64,000 nt of DNA from Octopus sinensis (lineage: Eukaryota): contig NC_043000.1 of NCBI RefSeq assembly GCF_006345805.1, positions 160,208,001 to 160,272,000 of the forward strand, in the 5' to 3' direction. The position numbers and the translations under genes were made by a program. The stretch's first letter is position 1; each line of letters opens with the position of its first letter. Under the pieces are notes generated by a model. It saw only the letters and a program-made list of their open reading frames with translations, had not been told where the DNA came from and did no database searches. Shown here in pieces: positions 14,141-29,589 of the stretch.

Positions 14141-14638
14141 GTGCTAGTGGTGTCAAACTTTTGCCTTAAGAATTAGCGGTGTTAAAAGACTATTAGCGAC
14201 GCTGTTATTTATATTTAAAATTACTGTCTTTAAAATGAATGTTTCGTAGAATATTATAAGATAGCTAAGATAGCTATCGGGCGACCCAATTGTTTATCAA
14301 AGAAGTCATTAGAAGGAAATATGAGAGACTAGCTTGATTATTATATAATTTACATTTAACAAAAATACGATATTATAAAAAGCAATTAGAATTATTTAAG
14401 CCTTGGGGAATTTGATAATTCGGTGATATTTAAAACTATGTCAGATAATAGATATCTCTCTGGAATTCATTAATATTAGTTGGTATTATTAAAAGAAGTG
14501 TTATATGAGAGATATAGAGAAATGATGATATTGATGAAGATATGTGGCTGCTCCATATACTTTATCATTAATAATAATCACTTTTACATATTTCTAACTT
14601 TTAACTATTTTAAATTCCTTCCATTTGCTTTTCCTTAC

Positions 14639-14707
14639 TCGTTCTGTCAACTCCCATATAACATAATTCCAGACCCACAGTTTGGCACAGTTGGTCCACA
14701 ATATTAT
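14639..14707 (-). CDS. Candidate short internal exon
   Basis: Acceptor tttattatgttatag| and donor CGA|gtaagg; open as (D)NIVDQLCQTVGLELCYMGVDRT (a second frame is also open). Confidence 0.25.
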
Positions 14708-16101
14708 CTATAACATAATAAATACCAGCGGATTTGACATTGCACTCCCAGACACGATACCAATTTCATCTATCAGTATTTCCACATTAAACTGACAAAC
14801 AACTTTATACAATAAATGCAATATTATATATTTTGTCCTACCCTTATTACCTTTTTGACCTCTTCAATTTCAAGTTCTATAAAACACTGAAAAGTTACTT
14901 TTATGCTCCCCAAAACTGAAACCATAATATTCACAGATATGCATCCTGTTTTGAAACCCCAATTATCATCCCCATTTAAAGAAGCTTAACCAAACTGGAA
15001 TCAGAATGCTATCAGTGCGTTTGCATCCTCCACTTCTATTAGTATTAGAAAACATATTTTATAGATTAGTAACATATTTTATAGATTAGTAACATATAAC
15101 ATATAAGATTACATAAGCGATTCTTACAATGCAGTAAGCGATCACAATTATAATTTCTGTTGCTATTAAAAAAGACTATTAATTTGCTTTTAGTTTTATT
15201 TTCTAGCATAGTAACATACTCCTTGTATTAAACCAGTTTCTCAAAAACGACATCATTTAATTATACATTGGTAGTATTAACGTCACTTATACAAATCCCG
15301 TGTTTAAATTCCTAATCGCTAACCTAAGCACTTATCTTACACAATGACCCTCTTCCTATACAGCGTCCATACGTTACTTCTACTAGCTATACCATGTAGC
15401 ATTAATCACAATTTCGGAGAGATATCATCTGACAGTTTTCTTAGGGAAAACCTATCAGAGTGATATAGCACTAATTTATCAACCACAACTAGGCTTAATT
15501 CTAATTTATTCTTATCTTCTTTTTATGGTAAATCATCTGACGTTATACACTTAAAGTAGTCTCAAATAATTCCTCCTAAACAGTTCTCCGTCTGTATCGA
15601 TGATGAGTATGCAGTTGTTATATCAACAGATCAGCCTATCCGTTGAATTAGCGTCTACGTAGCTGAATATTTCGCAGAAATCTCCATCATTAATGTACGT
15701 TGTAGGCGGATATGTGATATGCTGTGACCGCTAAATTCCAACAAGCACCATTCACAAGGATTGAATTGACTGAGGGTATGGCAAAAGACACACAAGACAC
15801 CACGCTTTGGGAATAAATCTCGATCGAGGTATTGGCGAACTTCACTTCTTAACCGTTTGGCTACTTCATTAAATATTTTCTCTTAAACTTTCTAACTAAT
15901 ATCTATCTATATATTGCTTTCTCTAATTATATTCCTCTCTTATGCCGCCCAGTTGAATAATTAATACAACATTGACTATTGGTAACGTATCTCATATATT
16001 ATTGTTTAACTAGCTAAGATTTTCAATATTATGGCATCTGTAATTAAGCTACAACACACTATTCACTACTTGACACACACACAAACACACACACGCGTGT
16101 A

Positions 16102-16820
<719 letters not shown>

Positions 16821-17317
16821 CAATAGTGGATCCTGCAAACATAATAAATACACAGGTAATTAAAAAATAGAAATGAATATCTATATATATGTATATGTGT
16901 ATATATATGTATATGTATATGTGTATATATGTGTGTATATATGTATATATATGTATATGTATATGTATGTATGTATATATATGTATATGTATATTCTTTT
17001 TTTTTTTTTCGATTAGATTTATTATTATTATTACTAATATTGTTGTTATACATACATACAAGCATATGTAATGATAATAATGGGTGGATGTAAACACATG
17101 AACAAAATTAGAACAAAGCAAACAACACAAAAACAAAATACAAATTACAAGAATGTATATAACCAGAAGATACAAATATTACAGGCATCCCCCCCACACA
17201 CACACTAAATAAACATAGACGCACATAGAGATATAAGCATGCGCAAATGAAGACATACAATAGAAAACAAAATGGCTGACGGTTAGTAAGGAGAGACACA
17301 AGTAAGAAAGAAAACAA

Positions 17318-17362
17318 GGACCACTGATGCGGTCACAGGAGTGTGACGAAAGAACTTTGGCC
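17318..17362 (+). ncRNA. Minimal type-I hammerhead-like motif in PLE 3' region
   Basis: ggacca-CTGATGc-g-GTCAC(aggagt)GTGAC-GAAA-gaact-t-tggcc: 5-bp stem II, stem I, short stem III; A9 replaced by C. Confidence 0.55.
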
Positions 17363-17487
17363 GAAATAAGATTAAGATTAATGTAAAAAAGAAATATCAC
17401 TGAAGCAAAATAACACAAATATATAGTGCGTGTGTTTTTATTGGCTAAACTGGCAATATGACCATTCCGAAAAATAACAATATATAT

Positions 17488-17519
<32 letters not shown>

Positions 17520-17545
17520 ATATATATATATTATTATATAGAAGA

Positions 17546-17596
17546 AGCTTCTACAGGACTAGAACTGTTTCATTCAAGAGAAATCTTCAGGAAGCT
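17546..17596 (-). ncRNA. Hammerhead-like motif, left arm of inverted repeat
   Basis: Minus strand agcttc-CTGAAGA-tttc(tctt)gaat-GAAAC-agttcta-GTC-ctgta-gaagct; stem I has a 5-nt bulge, so the fold is imperfect. Confidence 0.4.
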
Positions 17597-17825
17597 AGTT
17601 AACAAGAATTGTATTGGCATTTATACATTTAGGCAGGTTTAAAGGGGTGGTGGTGGGGGACTTTTTGGGGGTTTGGTATAGCGCAAAAATATCATACTTG
17701 GGGGAGTGGTCAAGGAGTCAGTGGTAAATTAGATAAACGAATAAATAAAAGAATAAAAAAATATATAGAAGAATAGAGTTTTAGGTAAATAAGGAGATTC
17801 TCACTTATACCTATACACATATGTA

Positions 17826-17865
<40 letters not shown>

Positions 17866-17931
17866 CGTACACACATACATACACACACACACATATATAC
17901 ATACACATATATATACATACACATATCTACA

Positions 17932-17967
<36 letters not shown>

Positions 17968-18538
17968 CATATATACACACACATATGCATATACATATAC
18001 ACACAAAAAAATATATACATACACACACATACACATACACACATACACACACATATATCCACATACACACATGCACACACAACACACAAGTCCCTATATA
18101 CACATATATACATATACACACATATATACATATATATACATATATATATATATATACATATGTGTACCTATACATGCCTACACATACACACATATATATA
18201 TACATACAAATACAAACCCATTCCCTAATTTTAATTTTATTATCTTCATTTATTACTTTTGTTATCTTTGACCGCTTGTCACAAGCATCTTGGCTACGAC
18301 AGCAAGTCCATTTATCTTTCTACTTGAACACAAGCACTCACTCACGCACGCACACTCATTAGCACGCACACTCACTCATTCGCACATTCATACACATACA
18401 CGCACGTACGCGTTATATTCATACATACATACATCTACATACATTCACATATATACACATACGTACGCGTACCTACAGATTCATGTCTACACGCTTAGAA
18501 GACTAGTCTATTATACACCTACATACAAATACACACAC

Positions 18539-18588
<50 letters not shown>

Positions 18589-18715
18589 CGTATATATACA
18601 TACATACACCCATACATACATACATATATACACATACACACACACCCACACGTATACATATACATACATATACGCGCATGCATACACACACACATACATA
18701 CACATACATATATAT

Positions 18716-18762
<47 letters not shown>

Positions 18763-19128
18763 TACATATACATACATACACACACACACACACATACATA
18801 CACATATACACATACACACACATACACATATACATGCGTACCCATACACACACACACACACGCGCATCCATATATACACATAAGTACACACATGCGTAAA
18901 AGTATACATATATCTATACATATGCTTACACATACACACACACACACGCGCTTCCTTATGTTCATACTTACATGCGTACTCAAAAAATAAATAATAAAAT
19001 ATATAATAAAATATATATACGTGCAGTTATTCATATACATACATGCATACTCAAAGAATAACTAATAAATATTAAGTATATATACGTGCAGTTACCTATT
19101 ATACAGACGGATACATACATATAAACTT

Positions 19129-19170
<42 letters not shown>

Positions 19171-19647
19171 TATATATTAATATATACATACTTACACATA
19201 TGTACATATACATACACACATACATGACTCTACGTACCTACATATACATAAACACACGAGCGTACACGTATATGTACATATACACATACACATACACATA
19301 CATATACACACATACACACACACACATATATATACATACATACACATACACATACATATATATATATACATACACATACACATGCACATACGTATAACTC
19401 TACATACCCACATATACATATATATATATACACACACACATACATATATACATATATATATGTATATATACACACACATATATATACCCATCTACAATCT
19501 GTATATACACACACATACATGCACATACACATAACTTTACATACCTACATATACATCGACATACTCGCGTACACTTATATATATATATATACACACATAT
19601 ATACATATACACATACACATATATATATATATATATAATATATATAT

Positions 19648-19691
<44 letters not shown>

Positions 19692-19715
19692 TAATACACA
19701 CACACACACACACAT

Positions 19716-19780
<65 letters not shown>

Positions 19781-20062
19781 ACAATTGAGGGTAAAGTTAA
19801 TTAGTTATTAATCAATTTCACCAAGTATTCAGTATGTAAAAGGACCATTATTTTTTTGAGTAAACATTGTCTGAGAGAAAATTTTCTTTAAGTAGTGGAA
19901 AGGGCTAAAAAACTTTTATGGCTGCTATTTCTAGAAAGTTCAGTATGTGGCAAAGTAATTTATTTTACTAAGCCCTAATTATATAATATTTTATATATAC
20001 ATACACATACATACACACATACATATACACATACATATGCATACACACATATATACATATAT

Positions 20063-20093
<31 letters not shown>

Positions 20094-20344
20094 TACATAT
20101 ATATATATTTTGTTACATACATACACACACACACACATAATACATGCGTATATTCCTACTATACCCATACATTTCTATACATATATACGATACACATATA
20201 CAAGCGTGCACATACAATATGTGAAAGGTCTTAGGAGAAAAGGTAATCGGGGGTGCTAGGGGAACGGTGGGATATATATACATGTGTGTGTGTATATATA
20301 CATGTGTGTGTGTATATGTATATGCATATGTGTGTGTATATATG

Positions 20345-20375
<31 letters not shown>

Positions 20376-20688
20376 ATGTAGATATGTGTATGTATATATA
20401 TGTGTATGTATATATATATGTGTGTGTGTATGTATGTGTGTACGTATATATATGTGTGTGTGTGTATATATGTATACATATGTGTATAGGTATAAGTGAG
20501 AATCTCCTTATTTACCTAAAACTCTATTCTTCTATATATTTTTTTATTCTTTTATCTAATTTACCACTGACTCCTTGACCACTCCCCCAAGTATGATATT
20601 TTTGCGCTATGCCTACCCCCAAAAAGTCCCCCCACCACCCCTTTAAACCTGCCTAAATGTATAAATGCCAATACAATTCTTGTTAACT

Positions 20689-20739
20689 AGCTTCCTGAAG
20701 ATTTCTCTTGAATGAAACAGTTCTAGTCCTGTAGAAGCT
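20689..20739 (+). ncRNA. Hammerhead-like motif, right arm of inverted repeat
   Basis: Same sequence as 17546-17596 on the opposite strand. Confidence 0.4.
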
Positions 20740-20822
20740 CCTTCTATATAATAAATTAATTTTACTCTGCTATGTATTGAGTACCTTATTTACTTTGGTT
20801 AACCCCGAATCAACCCGGGACC

Positions 20823-20864
<42 letters not shown>

Positions 20865-21249
20865 CATGTATGTATGTATGTATGTATATATATACACATA
20901 TGCATATATATATATATATATATATATATTATGTAGGTATTATGTATTTATAGCGTGTTTGAAGTGGTGTATATATATGGTAAATTGAGAAAAAGGAGGC
21001 AGTCAGAATTTTGTATAATTCTTTGCTAGCGCTTGCGTTCGTTTATCGAACTCGTCAAGACAAAATCAAAATTAATTTTGATTTTGTTTTGACTAGTTCA
21101 ATAAACGCACGAAAGCGCTCAATAAATAGAAAATGCATCAAATACTAAAAAGCGTACACATAGGACAAACACAGAACGACCCTAATTCTTCATCAGTTAT
21201 CGACCAAAATACTAATGCTTTTTATGATAAGACTGAGAACTTCGAATAT

Positions 21250-21650
21250 CGGCGGCATCCGCAATGGTATAGTTACATACCTTAAATATTTCAGAAAATG
21301 ACTGAGTAACCATAATCTGGGATATGCCAATACACTCAGATGAAGGGATTATGTCTAATACATCAGATATTGTTGTCAGGGACCACCAAGAATAGAAAAT
21401 TACTCCTAAACATTTCGGCCCTGACAGATGACAAAGCATATCTAAAAGAAACGGAAAAACTCACGAAATACAAAGGTCTAGAAATAGAAATAACTCGATG
21501 TAGAGATAACCCCTGTGATAATAGGGTCATGGTTGAACAATATACAGACAGATACATAATAAAAACACGACGATTCCCCAATATATGTAACATACAGACA
21601 ATTGCACTGCTAGGCCCCGCACACATCCTACGAAAAAAACACTTTCAGTA
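21250..21650 (+). mobile_element. RLE-type LINE endonuclease fragment
   Basis: TIIWDMPIHSD...SNTSDIVVRDH and ETEKLTKYKGLEIEITR (ORF 21340-21675) match the PD..D...EK..KY RLE motif. Confidence 0.75.
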
Positions 21651-22250
21651 TGAGAAAAAACAACAGCAACACTAAAACAAACCAAATCATATGCCCCCAG
21701 GGACACACAGCTGCGTACGGTGGTGTTGTGAAAGCAAGTAAAAACAATAAAACTACTGAATGATGACGATGAGGATGATGGTGGTGGTGGTGGTGGTGGT
21801 GATGATGACAACGATGACGATGACGGCGACGACGACGACGATGGCGACGATGGCAGCAACAGAACAACAATGATAATATGTTTATACATACATACACACA
21901 CGCATGCACTCTTCTCCCTACACACACCCAGACACGCATACACGCTCACATATACAGGCATCTGAGAAGTAGAGAAAAACCCATCCCTTATACTGTTTTC
22001 TCTGTGTGGATACTATCCGGTGTCTCAAATTTATTGAGGTATTATTAATTCTCATTCAGTTGACAGTATGAATCGGAGTATTTCTGTGAGGTGTCTTCAT
22101 CAACACTGCTACAATTTCAGACTGCCTTGACGGAAACTCATTCTTTGACCAGCCAATATCGAAAGGAAAAAGAAGAGATGAACATTTTGTGTCTAGATAA
22201 TTTTGAAATATCTGTGTATAGGTGTATGCATGCACACACACATAAATGTA

Positions 22251-22310
<60 letters not shown>

Positions 22311-22434
22311 ATCACGTGATCGACCAGGCTATCAGATGTTGCTACACATCGCTGGTCACAATGCGCTTCGCATTGTTTTAGCCTTCAAATGACGCCACTC
22401 CGCTGGCTAAGCGAGAAGGCCTTATATATATATA

Positions 22435-22503
<69 letters not shown>

Positions 22504-22792
22504 TGATATACATATATATGTTTGCATGTATGTTATTGATGTAAGTATATATATGAGACAAACCATAAATAATGGTTTTCATATATTTTCCTTTATTGCA
22601 GAAAAGTTGACTTGCGATTGTTTCCAGTAGTGATTGTAGTGCCATTATGAGTTGGTTTACTCAATCGGTACATTGACTGATTGAGAGAAATTAAACGGCC
22701 TAAAGGTATGTATGTATGTTTGTATGTATGTATATATATATATATATAATATATATATATACATACATATACATACATATATACATACGTAT

Positions 22793-22888
<96 letters not shown>

Positions 22889-23914
22889 TGCCTATATTGG
22901 TACAGGACTTCACTCATGAATAATTGAACCATTCCAAAATTCTCTCTGCTTTGAACGATTCCACGAAAATAGTGATTATAACAAAGAACTCATAACTTAC
23001 TATCATATTGGGAGACAACAAATATACTCAAATGAATTAATGTTATAGGTGGAATTATTCCAGTGTAATAGCGTGTCTGCAATGCCGTTCATTCTGACAA
23101 TGAACGTCTTGTCAGCACTGTTAGGAAAATGCCAAGATTACTTATTAGAATTTGCCAAAATGAAAAAAGAAAAAGAAATCTATGTCACCTAAGCATTGGT
23201 GCTAATGATCCTAAGATATGTGAAGGTAATATTGATATGACGAAAAGACAGAACTACTGACAACATTCTCACATGATATAGGAACGGTGTTTAGTCAGGT
23301 TTACTGTTCATATTTGATAGTTCAACAAGAAAAATCGTGTAAAGCCTGGTATTCAGAGACGGAATATCTGACTGCCTATCTATATTTTCTACTTCAGATG
23401 AAGCTTGAAATTTATTAAAAATTGTTTTCCGAGCAAAACTAGATTGTTGATGTTGTACATCCGCTTATTCGGGAAGGTATGCAGTGGGAAACATTAGACA
23501 TATTCTCGTCTCGTAAAGCATTTACAGTGTCAGTGATCGTAATAGTGTTTTGGATATTTGACTGGAGATTTGAGGAAACATACAACTTGGATATCAAGAC
23601 ATGGATCATATTTCCCAGCACAGACACAGCTTTCACGGATAAGGTCTACAAGAGGTGGAGAGTGGGCACAGAAATATAGGGCTAGAACAAACGGTTATTG
23701 GAGTTGTGCATAACAGCTTTCAAGCAAGAATTACTAAGTAGTATAGAAAGAAATGAAAATAATACATATGTAATCAACAGTAATACTTTACAGAAATACT
23801 CACGATATCAGCCGGACATAACACACACTGACACACACATACACACAAACAAGCTAAATACACATACATACATATATATAAATGTAGATATATACATACA
23901 TATATGTAAATATA

Positions 23915-23947
<33 letters not shown>

Positions 23948-24572
23948 ATACATATACATACATACATATATAAATATATATATATATATATTATATTGAA
24001 TTAGAGATAAAACCACTATTAGGCAAATCAAACAGTGAAAATCATAAGACAATATATATAAATAAAATTAATTAAAAAATATATAAAAAAATATAAAATA
24101 TAAAATATAAAAATCCAATTAAAATATTTAAATTAAGTAAAAATTTTAAAAAATTATTTAAATTAATAATTTAAACCTATAAATTATAAATATATATATC
24201 ATTTTATTATTATTTCATTTAATTATTTAATATTTTTTATTTATTATTTTTTTATTTTCTATTTTTTTTCTATTTTTTTAATATTTTATGTTTTTCATTT
24301 TTTATTTTTTATATTTTATTTTTTATTTTGTTTATATTTTTATATTTTTTATATTTCTATATTTTTATATTTATTTATTTATTTATTTTTTTATAAACTA
24401 TCAAAAAGTATTAAAAGTTTAATAACATAAAGAGTAAGATATATATATATATAAATGTATGTATGTATGTATGTATGTATGTAGTAAATCAAATTTCTGT
24501 TCTAAGATTCCTGATGTGACTTCATGTGTTGAAACTGTTGTATTTCGGGATGGTCATTTTTTATTTTGCCAA

Positions 24573-24670
24573 ATAATCACACGCACTATATATTCATTCT
24601 TCGCTCATTTATTACGGTTCTTATTCTAATTCATGTAATTGTCTGGATATATTTCATCACATATCTGTGA
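24573..24670. repeat. Left arm of perfect 98-bp inverted repeat (partner 27560-27657), PLE pLTR-like
   Basis: Base-by-base reverse complement identity; related to 17420-17480 downstream of the PLE endonuclease. Confidence 0.85.
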
Positions 24671-24683
24671 CTTCCTCAGCGAC
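24641..24683 (-). ncRNA. Minimal type-I hammerhead-like motif
   Basis: Minus strand gtcg-CTGAGGA-a-GTCAC(agatat)GTGAT-GAAA-ta-TA-tccagac: canonical core, palindromic ATAT stem III, degenerate stem I. Confidence 0.5.
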
Positions 24684-26175
24684 GCTTACTGTCTTCGCGT
24701 GGGCTCTTGCTCTGCAGAGTATTTCTAAGGGCAAACATGTGAGGATGGTGTTAGCATATCATTTATCATTTCATTTTCAATCGTGTCGTCATAATTCTAT
24801 ACAATCAATCCTGTATAATGTTGTTATCGTTCCGACAATTATTGATTAATCTTCATTTGCTACAAAAATTGATTGATATTTGCCAGAATAATTACAGTAT
24901 TAAGGAGTTTGATTAAATTGAAATACGATGAAACAATTGTAAAGTATGTATTAAAATTATTGATAAGTTCATTCTTTTATGTTATACATATATAAAAGTA
25001 CACAGACACATACACATATACATACATACAAAGATACATAGATACATACAAATATATAACCAGCAACATTGAGAAGAAGAGCTTATTCTGTATCCATGAT
25101 ATGCACGTCAAATGCTATAACGAAGAATAAGTTTTTGCTTATCAGGAAATACATATAAAAGAAAAATAGATACCACTAAACATTTATGTTATAAGAGGAA
25201 CTATCGAATGTGCCATAGCAACGTGGATGATAGCAACACCAGCTGCTCCGAAATGTCTGCAGGGAGCAACCTTCCAATTTCACAGCACATTATTTACAAT
25301 GTTAACCTTGAGAAGGTTTGTTCAGAAAATTCAGACAAAGACACACATGATCTTTTGAAATTTAATTTAGTAATACTAGCGGAGCACTTCAAGAAATATA
25401 GCAGCAGGATCTAATGAATACATTCATGATATTATTTATTCAGTTATGAAGGCAAGTCAAACGCGGTTGCTTTTGATAGCGGCATAGCGGAAGTTAATAT
25501 CTCGTCCGAAAAAAAATTCCATTTTTATTACAGACCAGCTTCAATTTTGCAAACAACGCATACAAGTCTAAAACTAAACATATATACAAATATGCATATA
25601 TATACACACACACGCATGCGTGCACACACACATATAGGGAGATCGACGTAAGAGAGAGAAAAGGAATAGGGAGTCAGATCGAAGGTCATAACTTCACATT
25701 CTGACAGTAAGCTACAGCTAGAAGATAAAAAATGGCAATCACTATACCACACATCTGTACAAGATATTACACATGCGATAACATTTGCATCTACAGCATC
25801 CATGGTCTTATATTATAATGCAGCATAATATTATAAGGGACAGAAAATAAATATCAAATATAAAGCATGTAGTGGGAAATGCTTTAGAGGAACGAAGTGA
25901 GAAGTTATAAGGCGCATACGATATGCAGTGCTTTAAAGAATTATTAAAATGTGTTTGACTTTTTAATAAGTCCAACAGGTAAAGTTCGAACGTTGATGCT
26001 ATCAATAATCTTGGGATAGAGATGACATTCTCTGTTCAACATCATCGTCTTCATATAACTCTTTTATATAATTAAAATTCTAAAATGAAAATTTACACAC
26101 TAAATTGCTTACGAATATATATACACATGATATATATACACGTACTTACATATGTATGTATGTTTATTGGTGTTG

Positions 26176-26209
<34 letters not shown>

Positions 26210-26545
26210 TGCCAAAAATAGAAATATTAATCATCTGCACCAACAATATTTTCGCGTGACCTTTTAGTTTGTCAAATTAATGAAGTGAAATCATTCGTTT
26301 CTATGTTATTTGATCAGTGCTCCTAGGGATTAGAATACACCAAGTTATATCGATGGAAGACTTACAAAATTAGTTCTTTTCATACATTGCTTCGAGAAAG
26401 TTTCATGATTTATTAATTCAAATACACGTGTATACACACTCACACACACACACACACAGATCACGCACGCACACACATATGCATACATACAAAGAGAAAG
26501 AGAGGGAAAGATGAGAACGAGGGTAATATATACACACAAACAATC

Positions 26546-26610
<65 letters not shown>

Positions 26611-27061
26611 TGTTTGTGTGTATTCATTCATGTGTATAAATGTTCTGTATGTATGTGTATGTGTGGTTGAGTGTTTGTACTTATGCGTACACACTCCTAT
26701 CACTAAAAGATATATCCAGATAAATATATATTCGTTAATTGTAAGTAACGAGAGAAACAGTACTCAATAACGGGAGCATTGTATAATGAGATAATGAATT
26801 CATTTATTTCGTTCAGGCGGAACCCATAACTTGTGGATGATTTTCGGCTGTACTTGATTACTTGGGTTGATATTTCAAATGGCACTATAGTACCTCCGTG
26901 CCTGATTTGCTTTTAGTTAAATGAACACGCATACACACGCACTAATACACACACACACACCACACACACACGCACGCACACACCCACACGCACATATGTA
27001 CGCATATTTACATACCTATTAAAATACATACACATATATAATAATAATAATAATTATGATG

Positions 27062-27156
<95 letters not shown>

Positions 27157-27172
27157 AATAATAATAATAATA

Positions 27173-27532
27173 GAGCAGAAGTAGTGGGGGAGCATCATAG
27201 CCATGTGTTGAGAGGGATTCTTTGGGGTTTGAATAATTCACCCCTGGAAACATGGGTGGTTCTTTCAACATCTTTAAACAACCCTTATTCAGGGACCTTT
27301 TGAGTGGAATGGGTTACTCGACCAGAAGAAAATTCTAACTGGGCCCCTCCTGCAAGGTCATGTGCTGTTTATCTTGATATGAGATCACCATGTCGCACAC
27401 ATATGGTTGTGATGCATGTGCCTAGTGTAACCCTATCAGACGGGTAGTCATGATGGGTACACTGGGCTTTGTATATTTTACCCCAGTGTCACTTTGATGG
27501 CATGCACTGCTCTCTCACCCAATAATAATAAT
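27173..27532 (+). mobile_element. Second copy of (TAA)n-tailed repeat (see 3280-3760), 5'-truncated
   Basis: Homology to 3280-3760; preceded by (TAA)n(GAT)n, followed by aataataata. Confidence 0.75.
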
Positions 27533-27559
27533 ATATACATGAATATGTATATCACACGT

Positions 27560-27652
27560 TCACAGATATGTGATGAAATATATCCAGACAATTACATGAA
27601 TTAGAATAAGAACCGTAATAAATGAGCGAAGAATGAATATATAGTGCGTGTG

Positions 27653-27657
<5 letters not shown>
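27560..27657. repeat. Right arm of perfect 98-bp inverted repeat; hammerhead truncated in stem II
   Basis: Exact reverse complement of 24573-24670. Confidence 0.85.
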
Positions 27658-27687
<30 letters not shown>

Positions 27688-28449
27688 GTGTGCACACACA
27701 CACGTACATTTTATTAATTTTTTAAATTTGTATGCAGCCTTATGTATGATATGCAAAAAAATACACTACTACGAGGTGGGGGGAGCTGAAATGTTCTTGG
27801 CTTTGGGTAAAATAAAATACAGTAGGATAAATTTATTATGGTTTTATTAAGCATATCGACTTCTCAGATTCACGAACTTATGGCAATGATCCGTCAATTT
27901 TGATAAGCCATGGAAAAGAATTCAGATGTTTGGGTGCCCAACTAGCCCTTTCGTGATACCCTTAAGTCAGGAACTTTCAGCTGCCCACGATAGATCCTTC
28001 ACAAAGAGCATGGGCGCTAATATTATAAGGTTGCTGGGGAAAAGCAAACATGCCATATATTCAGAGTGTGAGGCACAGGACAGCTTTTTTCGATTCAAGG
28101 TTGTTTATTTAAGGGTGGATTTGGTTAACATTTCTAGCAGACATTCTTCTTTTGTCATCAGGTTATGATGTTAGCGAGAATTACTGGAGTAAATCTGCTT
28201 AAAAATGATGTCTCCATTAGTGTTAAAAAGAGTGCAAAACTGCATGAGGCAGATTCTGTTCAGTGACAGTCGTTGCGTTAGAGTTGTTCTACTAGAATGT
28301 TTCTGCAAGTATCGTTAAGCCTTTTGATATGTTAGATTTAATGGTTAAGACAAAACTATTTTTAACAATAAATACTTTCCTTAATATAAGTAGAAATACG
28401 AAAGGTAAAGTTACCTTCAATATACATTAGTAGAAAATATATATATATA

Positions 28450-28890
28450 TATATAGACGGGAGAGGTATGCGGTAATATCTATCTGGAAGATCCTGGAAA
28501 GAATTGTGTCAAATTTTGGCATTGAAAGCTACACCACTGCCAGAACGGGACGACACTGCAAGGTGCCAAAGATCCTAGCAATGCCATCACGCTTCAGGAC
28601 CAGTTACTGCAACAGCCTGGGTTTCAAGGGCCCACAGCTTTTTAATATTCTCCCAAAGATTCTGAGAAACTTGCACAAGGTAGATGTAGGTTTTTTTTAA
28701 AATCGAAGCTGGATCTCTTTCTGTCGAGAGTCCCAGATAAACCTACCTTACGGCAAGAGGTGCCAATGAGGGTAGCTATATCAAACTCCATTCTTCACCA
28801 AGTGTCAGATATTAGAGGAGGATCTTAGTAATAACAGTGTAGCAAAACGGCGGTGCATCAGCATGGCCGCAGCTCTGAGCTGAAACTAGA
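28450..28890 (+). mobile_element. CR1-like LINE 3' end
   Basis: RRERYAVIS.WKILE..VSNFGIESY...GRHCKVP...NSLGFKGPQLFNILP (ORF 28506-28700) then KLDLFLSRVPDKP. Confidence 0.75.
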
Positions 28891-28976
28891 GAGAGAAAAT
28901 ATATATATATATATATATATATATAGTTTCATATATATATATGAGAAAACCGGTTTTTCACAGCGTCTATCGTCAA

Positions 28977-29037
28977 AACAGCCGATGAAATTGCTTCGAA
29001 GCGCTTAGCTCCGGGATTTGAAACTCTGAGTTCTATT
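28977..29037 (+). ncRNA. Hammerhead-like motif with U4C core
   Basis: aacag-CCGATGA-aatt...gattt-GAAA-CTCtGAGT-t-ctatt: 4-bp stem III, 4/5 pairs in stem I; lies in a short TA-flanked repeat. Confidence 0.35.
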
Positions 29038-29088
29038 ATGACAACTTACTGACTGTTCCATATTATATATATATATATATATATATAT

Positions 29089-29294
29089 CATGTTGATTCG
29101 TTAGCTACTGCACGCATTTTTTTTCTCTCCTTCTTTCTGTGTTTTTCTCTCTCTGTGTATCTTTCTGTTGAAGAGCGTAGGCTCGAAACGTTAAAGACTT
29201 GTTTTATTTATATTTCCTGAGCGCCATACTAATACAATTGTTCGTTTGTTTTCCACCTGCCTTCGTCTTTTGTTTATTTTCATAAAGCTTCCCG

Positions 29295-29296
<2 letters not shown>
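29089..29296 (+). mobile_element. About 210-nt TA-flanked repeat with hammerhead-like motif (29160-29197), copy 1
   Basis: Near-identical to 52581-52789, related to 53670-53870; tcttt-CTGTTGA-a-GAGC(gtag)GCTC-GAAA-CG-TT-aaaga. Confidence 0.75.
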
Positions 29297-29338
<42 letters not shown>

Positions 29339-29589
29339 AGAAAAACATCTAATTTTAGATCTCTTATTGAGAATTATGTAGTAACAGTGCTGGATAGCAA
29401 AATTTATTTGTAAACATAATGTGGCAGCCCTGACCAGGACAATGTTACTATTTTTAACCACACAAAAACATCCTTTCCATGTGGCTTATCGACACTTTAT
29501 CTTTGTCCTAAATATACTGTAAGCAAGGGGGCTCAACGCTAACTTGTAGTCGCTCTCTTTATATATATATATATATATATCCAAAGAAT

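Larger units (their letters stand above)
17531..20754. repeat. Inverted repeat (arms about 17531-18004 and 20305-20754) enclosing about 2.3 kb of mostly microsatellite
   Basis: Arms are reverse complements, including microsatellite variants, with one 12-bp indel and a few substitutions. Confidence 0.85.

Noticed and set aside
14923-15035. Possible minus-strand exon with W/C-rich lectin-like peptide
   Set aside because: Careful reading shows an in-frame TGA (AAA TGG GGA TGA); no frame is open from the acceptor.
24690-24724. 35-nt segment with strong acceptor and donor on minus strand
   Set aside because: Donor abuts the hammerhead of a PLE-like repeat and may be element-derived; frame undeterminable.
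25208-25414. 68-aa plus-strand ORF in unique sequence (also 27926-28168, 51105-51467)
   Set aside because: No recognisable motif; lengths are within chance expectation and splice context is ambiguous.
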